A stretch of 64,000 nt of DNA, taken from NCBI GenBank assembly GCA_963674695.2, contig CAXXGI010000002.1:352001-416000 (forward strand), in the 5' to 3' direction. Source of the DNA: a bacterium. Lineage in GTDB: Bacteria; UBA10199; 2-02-FULL-44-16; JAAZCA01. The translations under genes were made by a program, and so were the position numbers. Shown in pieces: positions 1-8,490 of this stretch. The notes beneath the pieces are model-generated. The model was not told the DNA's origin. It did no database searches and worked only from the letters and a program-made list of their open reading frames with translations. Every line of letters begins with the position of its first letter. The first letter of the stretch is position 1.

Positions 1-107
1 TGAGCTTTGCCCCCAATCTTCCCGCTGGTGCCACGATTATCCTCGTGGCCGGTGCTGTCTATCTCCTCGTTTCATTCGGCAAACGGCTTCCCCGACGCCG
101 GGCATAA
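1..107 (+). CDS. 3' end of a probable metal ABC transporter permease (ZnuB/MntB-like), truncated by window edge
   Basis: Manual translation of frame 3 gives SFAPNLPAGATIILVAGAVYLLVSFGKRLPRRRA*, resembling the C-terminal xLPxGATII motif of ABC-3 permeases; TAA at 105-107. Confidence 0.65.
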   Translation, partial: SFAPNLPAGATIILVAGAVYLLVSFGKRLPRRRA

Positions 108-139
108 TCAACCACGATGGCATGTGAAGGATTCCAAAG

Positions 140-1372
140 ATGGAAGCACACAGCCTTGGCAGCTATGTCAACGAATACATGATCGGCGGCGCGGCGTTCA
201 TCATCATGCTGAGTATCCTGGTCAGCCGGGCGCTCGGGCGGTTTGCGATCCCGTCGCTCGCGGTCTTTCTCGGCATCGGCATGCTCGCCGGCTCCGAGGG
301 CCTGGGCGGCATCACCTTCGACAACGCCTGGGTGGCGCAGTTCATCGGCCTGCTCGCCTTGGCCATCATCATTTTCTCCGGCGGTTTTCACACCGAGTGG
401 AAGGAGATCCGCCCGCTCCTCAAAGAGGGGGCCGCACTCGCGACCGTCTCGGTCATCCTCACGGCGATCATGATCGGGGCCTTTGCGGCCTATTGGATCG
501 ATATTCCGATCATCGGCGGCATGCTCCTGGGCGCCATCGTCTCCTCCACCGATGCGGCTGCGGTCTTTTCCGTCCTGCGTTCGCGCAACGTGAACATGCG
601 CAAGGACATACGCGCCCTGCTCGAGTTCGAATCGGCCAGCAACGACCCCATGGCGGTGCTGCTCACCATCGGCGTCATCGAATACATCATGAGTCGGCAT
701 GTCGGGCACAATCTCTTCGTGCTGGTGATGGCACAGCAGATCGCCGTGGGACTCGTGGTCGGCTACGCGTTTGCGCGCGCAACCGTCTTTCTGCTCGAAC
801 GCATTCGCCTCGATTACAAGGGACTCTATCCGGTCCTGCTGTTATCGCTCGTCTGCATCACCTATGCGCTCACCGATGTGCTCGGTGGCAGCGGATTTCT
901 GGCGGTCTACGTCATGGGCGTGACCATGGGTCATCGTCGCTTCCTGCACCGAGCGCTGCTCCAGGATTTTTTCGAGGGGCTGGCCTGGCTCTCGCAGATC
1001 GCCATGTTCGTCATCATGGGGTTGCTCGTCTTTCCTTCACGGCTTGCAACCATCTGGCAGCATGGGCTCGTCATCGCGGCATTCATCATGTTCGTCGCGC
1101 GACCGGCCAGCACCATGATCACGCTCGCCCCCTTTCGTATGGGGTGGCGCGAGCGCGTGCTCATCTCCTGGACGGGGCTGCGCGGTTCGGTGCCGATCCT
1201 CTTGGCCACCTTTCCGATCGTGGCGGGGGTGCCGCATGCCGATAAGATCTTCGACACGGTCTTCTTCGTTGTGCTCATCTCCATCCTCGTGCAGGGGATC
1301 ACCATCCCGCCCTTTGCGCGTATGCTCGGGCTCACGGAGGAGACGGCGGCCGAAACGAAAACGATAGCGTGA
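140..1372 (+). CDS. K+/H+ antiporter, CPA1 family (NhaP2/CvrA-like), membrane domain only
   Basis: Multi-TM protein with SSTDAAAVFSVLR, ESASNDPMA and GLRGSVPI motifs. Confidence 0.9.
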   Translation: MEAHSLGSYVNEYMIGGAAFIIMLSILVSRALGRFAIPSLAVFLGIGMLAGSEGLGGITFDNAWVAQFIGLLALAIIIFSGGFHTEWKEIRPLLKEGAALATVSVILTAIMIGAFAAYWIDIPIIGGMLLGAIVSSTDAAAVFSVLRSRNVNMRKDIRALLEFESASNDPMAVLLTIGVIEYIMSRHVGHNLFVLVMAQQIAVGLVVGYAFARATVFLLERIRLDYKGLYPVLLLSLVCITYALTDVLGGSGFLAVYVMGVTMGHRRFLHRALLQDFFEGLAWLSQIAMFVIMGLLVFPSRLATIWQHGLVIAAFIMFVARPASTMITLAPFRMGWRERVLISWTGLRGSVPILLATFPIVAGVPHADKIFDTVFFVVLISILVQGITIPPFARMLGLTEETAAETKTIA

Positions 1373-1389
1373 AAGGATAAAGGATACCG

Positions 1390-2739
1390 ATGATGAAGAA
1401 CATTCGAAACTGGATTATGGGCACCTCTCAAAACGACCTTATCGGGAGCTGTCATCCTGAGCGTAGCGAAGGATCCCCTGAAATTTCATGGAGATCCTTC
1501 GCTATGCCCAGGATGACAATGCGAGAAATGGCAGTTTTTAGAGGTGCCCTTATTGTGGTCGCTCTCTTTTTTTCCATCGCCGGATGCGGCAGCTCGCCCG
1601 CGGCGATCTCACCCGAGATGCAGCAGCGCGTGACCGATGCCTTCACCACATCGCTCGCTTCAAACGGATTTCCCGGCGGAGTCTTCGGCATGATGCGCGC
1701 GGATGACGGCGCCTCGTTTGTCGTCGCCTCCGGCATGGCCGAGGCCGAGGACACTTCGAACATCGATCAATCCACCTGGACGACGAAGGTGGCGATGACC
1801 AGTGATACGCGCACGCGCGTCGCCAGCGTCTCCAAACCCTTCACCGCCATGGTGATCCTCATCCTCATCGATCGCGGATATGTGACGCTCGATGATGTGA
1901 TCGACGATTTCTTTCCCGGTCTCGTTCCCAACAGCTCCCGCATCACCGTGCGCAATCTGCTCAACATGGCCAGCGGTCTCTACGATCACGAGAACTCCGT
2001 TCCGCTCAACGAGGCGACGCTCTGCGGCGATATGACCGTGTATTATAGCCCTGAAGAACTCATCGCCATGTCCAACGAGGTGGGTGGGGGCGCGGTTATG
2101 TTCGAGCCGGGCGCGTATTACACCTACATCAACACGAACTTCACGATCCTGGCGATGATCGCGCAGCAGGCGACCGGACAGACCTACGGGGAGCTCGTCA
2201 CTGATCTGATCATCGGTCCGCTCAATCTCACGGGCACGAGCGTGCCGGAAAACGACGAGGCGACGATGGCCGCTCCTTACGCGCACGGCTATGACATCCC
2301 GGCCAGCGTGGGCGCCGGATTCGTCTGTGTCGGCGACGATGCGTGGCGCGACTACAGCGTCCAGAACATGTCGTGGGACCTCGGCGCCGGATCGATCGTC
2401 TCGACCTCGGCTGACCTCATGCGCTTCATGAAGGCGATCATGACCGGCGAACTCATCAGCGCCGAACTCCATGAAGCGATGCTCACCCCGCCGGCGATCA
2501 CCGATTTCGTGACGGGGGCGCCCAGCGCCTACGGCTTCGGCCTGATGGTGTTGGAAAATGGTTTCATCGGTCACGAGGGGGCCAACGCCGGCTACAATAC
2601 GCAGATGTGTTATTACAAGGGGTATTACTTCGGTGCCTTCGTCAACGCGGGGATATTTGTGACCATCGACGGCCAGCGGCTGACGGAATCGGTCGATGCC
2701 GTTTTTTCCAATGTCTATCACAGCGCCATTGAGCCCTGA
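1390..2739 (+). CDS. Serine hydrolase (beta-lactamase/AmpC-like family) lipoprotein with an in-frame MITE in its signal peptide
   Basis: SxxK (SVSK), YxN (YIN) and GHEG motifs; lipobox IAGC. Confidence 0.85.
   Translation: MMKNIRNWIMGTSQNDLIGSCHPERSEGSPEISWRSFAMPRMTMREMAVFRGALIVVALFFSIAGCGSSPAAISPEMQQRVTDAFTTSLASNGFPGGVFGMMRADDGASFVVASGMAEAEDTSNIDQSTWTTKVAMTSDTRTRVASVSKPFTAMVILILIDRGYVTLDDVIDDFFPGLVPNSSRITVRNLLNMASGLYDHENSVPLNEATLCGDMTVYYSPEELIAMSNEVGGGAVMFEPGAYYTYINTNFTILAMIAQQATGQTYGELVTDLIIGPLNLTGTSVPENDEATMAAPYAHGYDIPASVGAGFVCVGDDAWRDYSVQNMSWDLGAGSIVSTSADLMRFMKAIMTGELISAELHEAMLTPPAITDFVTGAPSAYGFGLMVLENGFIGHEGANAGYNTQMCYYKGYYFGAFVNAGIFVTIDGQRLTESVDAVFSNVYHSAIEP
1419..1549. mobile_element. 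MITE-like element, 131 bp, with 16-bp TIRs, TTAT target-site duplication and an internal REP-type hairpin
   Basis: GGGCACCTCTCAAAAC (1419-1434) / GTTTTTAGAGGTGCCC (1534-1549), 1 mismatch; TTAT at 1415-1418 and 1550-1553; inner inverted repeat TGTCATCCTGAGCGTAGCGAAGGATC (1450-1475) / 1493-1518. Confidence 0.85.
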
Positions 2740-2795
2740 GGCGGCATGCGCACGTTGCATTTGCAATTGAGATTGCGCAGCGTTACCTTCCCTCC

Positions 2796-4328
2796 ATGTC
2801 CCGACACAAGCCGATGCTCTTCAAAAATGCTCGCGTTCACACGATGGATAACGTCGAGCCGCATGCTGATTGGTTCACCGCCCTGGGCGGGCGCATTCAG
2901 CGCATGGGTGAGGGTGCTGCGCCTGAGCTGCCTCATGCGATCGATCTCAAGGGTGCCACCGTCGTTCCTGGGTTCGTCGACGCGCATGCGCACTTCTTCC
3001 AGACCGGCGTCGATCTCCTCTTTATCGACATGAGTGGTGTGATGAATGTCGCCGAGGTCGGCGAGCGTATCACCAGCGTCCCCGGTGGTCCGCGCACCTG
3101 GGTCTTCGCCCAGGGGTTCGAAGAGGACGAGGTGAAAGACGCGCGTTTCGTCACGCGCGAGCACCTCGATGCGTTTGTGCCCACGCGCCCGGTCTGGATC
3201 AATCGCGTCGACTACCACTCGGCGGTCGTCAACAGCGCGGCGCTCTCGCGTCTGCGCATCCCCATCGGCATGCCGGGGCTGGTGCTCGAAAGCGGCCGGC
3301 CCAATGGGATCCTGCGGAGCGAAGCCTACTTCTATGCCAAGGCCAAGGTGACCGCACTCTATCCGCAGGAGGTCCGCGAGGGCGCCATCCGCGAGGCGAG
3401 CCGACGGTTTGTGCGCAGCGGCATCACCGCGGTGCATGCGCTCGAAGGCGGGCGCCTCTTTGGCGGCGAGGGAGTGTCCATGGTCCTGCGGCGCATCGAA
3501 TCGATTCCGCTCGATGTGACGCTCTTCCTCCAGGAGAAGAATATCTTCTTCACCACACGTCTGGGGTTTCGCCACCTGGGCGGGTGCATATTGATCGATG
3601 GCTCCATCGGGTCGTACACCGCCGCCATCGATGAGGACTATCCGGGTATGCCCGGCTATCGGGGCCAGCTCTATGAGAAGGCGCGTGAGTTCAACCGCTT
3701 CGTGGAGGAGGCGCATACGGCGGGTGTGCAGCTGGCCTTTCACGCCATCGGGCCGCGTGCGATCGATATGGTGCTCGATGCTTACGAGCGCGCCATGGAA
3801 CGGCACCCGCGCTACAACCACCGGCATCGCATCGAGCACTTCGAGATGGCCACCGACGAACAGATTCAGCGCGCGCGCAACATCGGCGTTGTGGCCTGCA
3901 TGCAGCCGAGCTTTGAATATCTCTGGGGCGGGCCGGACGGGATGTATGCCAAGCGCCTGGGGGAGGGCTGGCGGCGCACCAATCCGTTGCGCCGCGTGCT
4001 CGACGGCGGCATGCGCCTGGCGGGCGGTTCGGACGCCAACGTCACGCCGCCGGAACCGCTGCTGGGGATCCACGCCGCCGTCAATCACCCCAATCCCGAA
4101 CATCGCATCACGCCGTATGAGGCCCTGCACATGATGACGGTCGATGCCGCCTATGCCGCCTTCAACGAGGCGCGCCACGGTTCGCTCGTCGCGGGGAAAG
4201 AGGCCAACTTCGTCGTCCTCGGCGAGGATCCGCTCTCGGTCGATCCGAAGCGCATCAAGGACATCCCGGTGCTCGAGACCTGGTACGCCGGAAAACGCGT
4301 CTGGCGCAAAACCGACGAAGAGCGGTGA
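2796..4328 (+). CDS. Amidohydrolase family 3 (YtcJ-like) protein
   Basis: PGFVDAHAH, HAIG, HRIEH and GSDA motifs. Confidence 0.9.
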   Translation: MSRHKPMLFKNARVHTMDNVEPHADWFTALGGRIQRMGEGAAPELPHAIDLKGATVVPGFVDAHAHFFQTGVDLLFIDMSGVMNVAEVGERITSVPGGPRTWVFAQGFEEDEVKDARFVTREHLDAFVPTRPVWINRVDYHSAVVNSAALSRLRIPIGMPGLVLESGRPNGILRSEAYFYAKAKVTALYPQEVREGAIREASRRFVRSGITAVHALEGGRLFGGEGVSMVLRRIESIPLDVTLFLQEKNIFFTTRLGFRHLGGCILIDGSIGSYTAAIDEDYPGMPGYRGQLYEKAREFNRFVEEAHTAGVQLAFHAIGPRAIDMVLDAYERAMERHPRYNHRHRIEHFEMATDEQIQRARNIGVVACMQPSFEYLWGGPDGMYAKRLGEGWRRTNPLRRVLDGGMRLAGGSDANVTPPEPLLGIHAAVNHPNPEHRITPYEALHMMTVDAAYAAFNEARHGSLVAGKEANFVVLGEDPLSVDPKRIKDIPVLETWYAGKRVWRKTDEER

Positions 4329-4355
4329 AATGTGTGCCTCATTTGGAATACCCGC

Positions 4356-5120
4356 CTATTTTGAGTGCAAACATACGGGGAGGCGATCGCGCTTGAGGTC
4401 GTGCGTGCAGATGAAGCTGCGGCGTCCGCTCGTGCCCTGGAGGATAAGGGTGTCCTCGCTCGGGTCAGCCGTGATCTGGATCGTGGGCGCATAATAGATG
4501 CAGGCGCCCAGGTTCTCATTATAGCTGGCGCTCGGCATGATGTTGTCGTTCTCATCGAACATGCTCTGGTAGTAGACGTAGGTCACGCCCTGTTTTGGAT
4601 GCGAGGTATGCACCTCATATCCGTTCTGCTTGAGCACCTCTTTGGCGCCCTGCGAAAAGCGCATGGCCGATCCGATCGTCTCCAGCTCACCACAGACGCT
4701 GTCGAGCACGACTTTCGAGGAACCAAAATTGTCGGGGCCGAAAGAGGTCAGTTCGCCAATATGATCCCCCTTGCTCACGACGCCGTTGCGATCGGTGTCG
4801 ACGACGCGCATGCCGAGGCTGTTCTCTTCCCGCATGCGACGGTTGAACGCATTCACGCCTTCGCGATTCTTTGCCGATTCCTGCGCGATCTTGTACCAGG
4901 GCGATTTTTCGAGATCAGCCTTCGTGAGTTTTCCGATGCTGCGTTCGGAGAGGCTGACGAATTCATCCTGAGGTGTCGCCTTGCCATCATTATCCGCGTC
5001 GATGATGCGCACCGGAATGTGGGTATCCGATTTCGCTTTCCGTGCGCGCACGTCGATGGCCGCCGACGCCCGATTGGCCTGGTCGACGGTCGGTGTGAGT
5101 TTGAGTGTCTTGGCTCCCAT
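4356..5120 (-). CDS. Hypothetical orphan protein with two EF-hand-like loops
   Basis: ATG at 5120 with GGAGA RBS; DADNDGKA and DTDRNGVV loops; no signal peptide. Confidence 0.7.
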   Translation of the reverse strand: MGAKTLKLTPTVDQANRASAAIDVRARKAKSDTHIPVRIIDADNDGKATPQDEFVSLSERSIGKLTKADLEKSPWYKIAQESAKNREGVNAFNRRMREENSLGMRVVDTDRNGVVSKGDHIGELTSFGPDNFGSSKVVLDSVCGELETIGSAMRFSQGAKEVLKQNGYEVHTSHPKQGVTYVYYQSMFDENDNIMPSASYNENLGACIYYAPTIQITADPSEDTLILQGTSGRRSFICTHDLKRDRLPVCLHSK

Positions 5121-5171
5121 GGTCTTCTCCTTTGTGGTGATGAGGCTGTTCGCTTCCAACTGCCGGAAGGG

Positions 5172-5198
5172 ATATCGGCACAGATGCAGAAAGGTTGC
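5172..5198 (-). promoter_or_regulatory. Sigma28-like promoter, copy 1
   Basis: Minus strand GCAACCTT-N11-GCCGATAT, about 50 nt upstream of the 5120 ATG. Confidence 0.6.
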
Positions 5199-5263
5199 GC
5201 CCGATATGCGCATAGCGTGTACATTTGTGAACAATAGCAACGTAGAAATGAACGAGCGATCGC

Positions 5264-6055
5264 TCAGCGTGCGAGAAAGGCGAGGATTTGTTCGGCCCAT
5301 GCATCCGGGGCTTCGATGGGGAGGGCGTGTCCGGCTTCGATGTTGTGATGCACGGCCCCGTCAATTCCCCGCAGGAGCTTCTGTGCATCCCGCTCGGTCG
5401 AGATGATGTCCTGCGTTCCCGTAAGGATAAGCGTCGGCGCGGCAATTTTTTGCAGAAAGTCCGTGGAATCGAACGTTTTCAATACGCCACATTGGCGGCG
5501 AAGGTTTTCCAGTGTCGGTGGAAATGGCGCCGCGAGAGTCTCCCGTTTGCATTGAGCCATTTTCTCAGCATCATCGAGAAAGTTCGGGCCATAGCACCAC
5601 GGGGCCACGACGTCGAAGACGAGTTCCACGTGCGTGCCCTCCTCCAGGAGTGTGAGCGACGTGGCAAATGCCATGAGGACAGCGCTGCTCCAGTGCGGCG
5701 AGGTCGCTGACAGGATGAGCCTGTCGACCGCATCCGGGTGCCGCCAGGCGAGCGCCTGCGCGATCGTGCCGCCCATCGATTGCCCGACGACGTTGAAGGT
5801 TTCCATTCCGAGTGACCTGGCCAGCGCAACGGTGTCGTCCGCCATCGCCTCCGCCGTGAGCGGCTCTCCCCCGTCCTTTGTTTGTCCAATCCCCCGGTTG
5901 TCGAAGATGAGCACGCGGTGTTCACGTGCCAGCGCGTCGAGCACGTCGCCCCACTGGGTGTGATCCCCCGAATAACCGGAGACGAGCACCAGCGGCGAAC
6001 CCGCACCGTGCAGCTCATAGTAGTAGGAAGCGCTGTCGATGGCGATGCTGGGCAT
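5264..6055 (-). CDS. Alpha/beta fold hydrolase
   Basis: GQSMGG nucleophile elbow, DNRGIG motif, C-terminal catalytic D and GH. Confidence 0.9.
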   Translation of the reverse strand: MPSIAIDSASYYYELHGAGSPLVLVSGYSGDHTQWGDVLDALAREHRVLIFDNRGIGQTKDGGEPLTAEAMADDTVALARSLGMETFNVVGQSMGGTIAQALAWRHPDAVDRLILSATSPHWSSAVLMAFATSLTLLEEGTHVELVFDVVAPWCYGPNFLDDAEKMAQCKRETLAAPFPPTLENLRRQCGVLKTFDSTDFLQKIAAPTLILTGTQDIISTERDAQKLLRGIDGAVHHNIEAGHALPIEAPDAWAEQILAFLAR

Positions 6056-6068
6056 GAGCCTTTCTCCA

Positions 6069-7259
6069 CTACGATACGACGTCAAAATGAGGCAGGACGC
6101 GTTTGAGGTAGGTATCAAAGAGGGGAACGGTGAATTCGTTTTCTCCGTGGGATGGGCTGTAGATCATTCCTTTGCGAATGAGGTTTGCGCGGGTGGGGCC
6201 GACGGATTGAACTTCGCGTCCGAGAAGATGGGCGATATCGCCCGATCGACAGGATTCTCCTCCAAGTTCCGCCATTGCGCGAAGATATTTCTTTTCGCTT
6301 GGCGTAAGCCGATCGAACCGAACGCGAAAGAAACCGGCATCGAGTTCTGCAATGGCGTATTCCGTTGCCTCTTCGACATTCAATTGTGTGATTGGTGATT
6401 CAGGTGAACATGCCCAGCAATGCTTGCCCCATTCTTGAAGAAAATAGGGGTATGCTTTTGTTGCCTGTATGATCGCATCCAATGCGTCGTGTGTGTAATG
6501 AACGTCGGAACGTTCAGCAGGAATAACGAGTGCATTTCGTGCTGCTTCAGGAGTGAGTGCGCCGATTTCGATATATTCAAAAAGTCGTTCGGCATAGGAT
6601 TTAGCGCGGCCTGCTTGGCCGACCAGTTGGGGAAGACCTGCTCCGATGAGAAGGATGGGAAGCTGTTGTTGAGCGCATTTGTGAAGCGCCATGATCATGG
6701 CGGCGAATTGATCTTCTTGAATATATTGAATTTCATCGATGAAGAGGATGATCGCCGTTTGCTTTTCTCTTGCCGCACGACTCACTTCGATGAACAGATC
6801 GATGAGATCATGCTCGAGGTCTCCAGAATCAGCGCAGCCGGGTTCTGTTCCGAGGTCGAGTCCAAATTCAACGTCCTGATATTTCATCTTCATTGCGGAT
6901 ACAAAACCGCCGAGTGTTCGGAGCGCTCGTTTGCCCAGCTCCGTAGCCGCTGCCTTTCGGTTCAATTTGAGCAGTGCTGCTCGAAGGGTGGGGATGAGTA
7001 GCGCTGGTAGGGAACGTTTTTCCGGGGTTTCGATGGAAACCGTCAGAAATGAGGAGGCCTCTGCATCCTGGGACATGCGTGCGAGAAGGACTGTTTTGCC
7101 TACGCCGCGCAATCCGACCAACATCAGGCCTCGGGAGGCCAGGCCGTTTCGGCATCGGTCGATGGCGATCGATGCCTTTTCGAGGATGTCATTTCTCCCG
7201 GCGAGTTCAGGGGGGATGGTTCCGGCGCCGGGGGCATATGGATTGGTTCGGGGGTCCAT
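6069..7259 (-). CDS. AAA+ family ATPase (AAA_16/COG1672-like) with C-terminal winged-helix
   Basis: N-terminal NPYAPGAG, Walker A GLRGVGKT, Walker B LFIDEIQ, YPYFLQ motif. Confidence 0.85.
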   Translation of the reverse strand: MDPRTNPYAPGAGTIPPELAGRNDILEKASIAIDRCRNGLASRGLMLVGLRGVGKTVLLARMSQDAEASSFLTVSIETPEKRSLPALLIPTLRAALLKLNRKAAATELGKRALRTLGGFVSAMKMKYQDVEFGLDLGTEPGCADSGDLEHDLIDLFIEVSRAAREKQTAIILFIDEIQYIQEDQFAAMIMALHKCAQQQLPILLIGAGLPQLVGQAGRAKSYAERLFEYIEIGALTPEAARNALVIPAERSDVHYTHDALDAIIQATKAYPYFLQEWGKHCWACSPESPITQLNVEEATEYAIAELDAGFFRVRFDRLTPSEKKYLRAMAELGGESCRSGDIAHLLGREVQSVGPTRANLIRKGMIYSPSHGENEFTVPLFDTYLKRVLPHFDVVS

Positions 7260-7371
7260 ATTGAGTAAAATTAGTATAGTTTATCGTTTTTTGATAAACA
7301 ATGATAATTTCATTATATATGTGAGAGTGGTGGGAGGGGAATTGATATAATCCAATAATAACAATAGATTA

Positions 7372-8190
7372 TTACATTCCCTTTCGATGGGTCGTGGAGA
7401 AGGTTTTGAGTATGGGAACGGCTCTCGTCATGTAATCGTCGAAATCCTTCCGGCTGATCCAGATCTTGCGGAGCTGATCCTCCAGCCGTGCGAGCTGGGG
7501 ATAGTTTGATTGGGAGAAATAGTTCTCTTTGATCGTTTGCCATGGCCAGAGCTTTTGCATCAGCTCGGGGTCGTCGAGGATAAAGACGGTCGTGATCTCC
7601 GCAAACGCCCACACGCGCCAATTGCTCAGCTTGGCTTCGGAATAGCGCTGGCGAACGATGTGGAAGATATGTGACAGGACGATTTCGTGTGCGGTGATTC
7701 GCCGTTGCTTGAGGGGGTCCTCGTTATATGCGCGCGTGATCGTGTTGGAATACCAGCTGCTCAGGCCCTTGTGAAAGGGCGAGACGACGCATTCGTAGTT
7801 CCTATAAAACCAGGGGGAACCGCTGAGCTCCTGGGCTCTCCGCGAGAAGACCTCAATGACGGGGTCCCACGATTTCGCATATTCCTCCTGGGACTTCTGG
7901 ATGAGGTCCGATTCGGAGAGATAGGTCCTGTCGACCAAGTCGGTTAGCTTCGGTTCGATCACTTCATAGGACTCCGCCTTCGAGACCTCCTTCGCAAAGC
8001 CATAATCGAATCCCATCTGCTTTGACCGCGATTTGAGGCCGGCGGGATCTTTGCCTTGAAACATCCGGAAGATCATCATCTGATCGTATTGGCGGTCGCT
8101 GATGAAACGGATGCTGAAATCATGTTGCTTTGCACAGGAACAAAGGAGCGGGAGAAACAGAACGCAGAGGATGAGTATTGTGGCGCGCAT
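7372..8190 (-). CDS. Hypothetical lipoprotein with a degenerate zincin-like motif
   Basis: MRATILILCVLFLPLLCSC signal/lipobox; AHEIVLSH...AFAE. Confidence 0.65.
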   Translation of the reverse strand: MRATILILCVLFLPLLCSCAKQHDFSIRFISDRQYDQMMIFRMFQGKDPAGLKSRSKQMGFDYGFAKEVSKAESYEVIEPKLTDLVDRTYLSESDLIQKSQEEYAKSWDPVIEVFSRRAQELSGSPWFYRNYECVVSPFHKGLSSWYSNTITRAYNEDPLKQRRITAHEIVLSHIFHIVRQRYSEAKLSNWRVWAFAEITTVFILDDPELMQKLWPWQTIKENYFSQSNYPQLARLEDQLRKIWISRKDFDDYMTRAVPILKTFSTTHRKGM

Positions 8191-8281
8191 GACGCGATTA
8201 CGCGTAGGCGAAGGCGGGAATGAAAGCAAGGAGAAATCGTGCGGTGTTCCTCCGGGAATGGGCCTTTTGCGGTGGACAATC

Positions 8282-8480
8282 TCGGAAAAACCCTTTATGA
8301 GCTGCCCGTTGAGAGGGTCCGAAAAGGACCGCAATGGGAGCGCTTTTCCGATGCCGATCGGCCCCAACATCAAGGCCGCACAGGCTTTGATCCTTCGAAG
8401 GCGCTGGCTGTTCGAGCCAGACCCCTTTCAGGCACCAATCCTTTTTCTCGCACACATCACCAAACGGGATCGTCATCCCA
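8282..8480 (+). promoter_or_regulatory. Candidate structured 5' leader of icd
   Basis: Several nested hairpins with G-U pairs in the 300-nt intergenic region, ending at the AGGAGG RBS. Confidence 0.4.
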
Positions 8481-8490
8481 AGGAGGCGGT

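Noticed and set aside
8239-8490. 84-aa N-terminal extension of Icd in the ORF track
   Set aside because: Family similarity starts at MKHARIIYT after a strong AGGAGG; the upstream region is better explained as a structured leader
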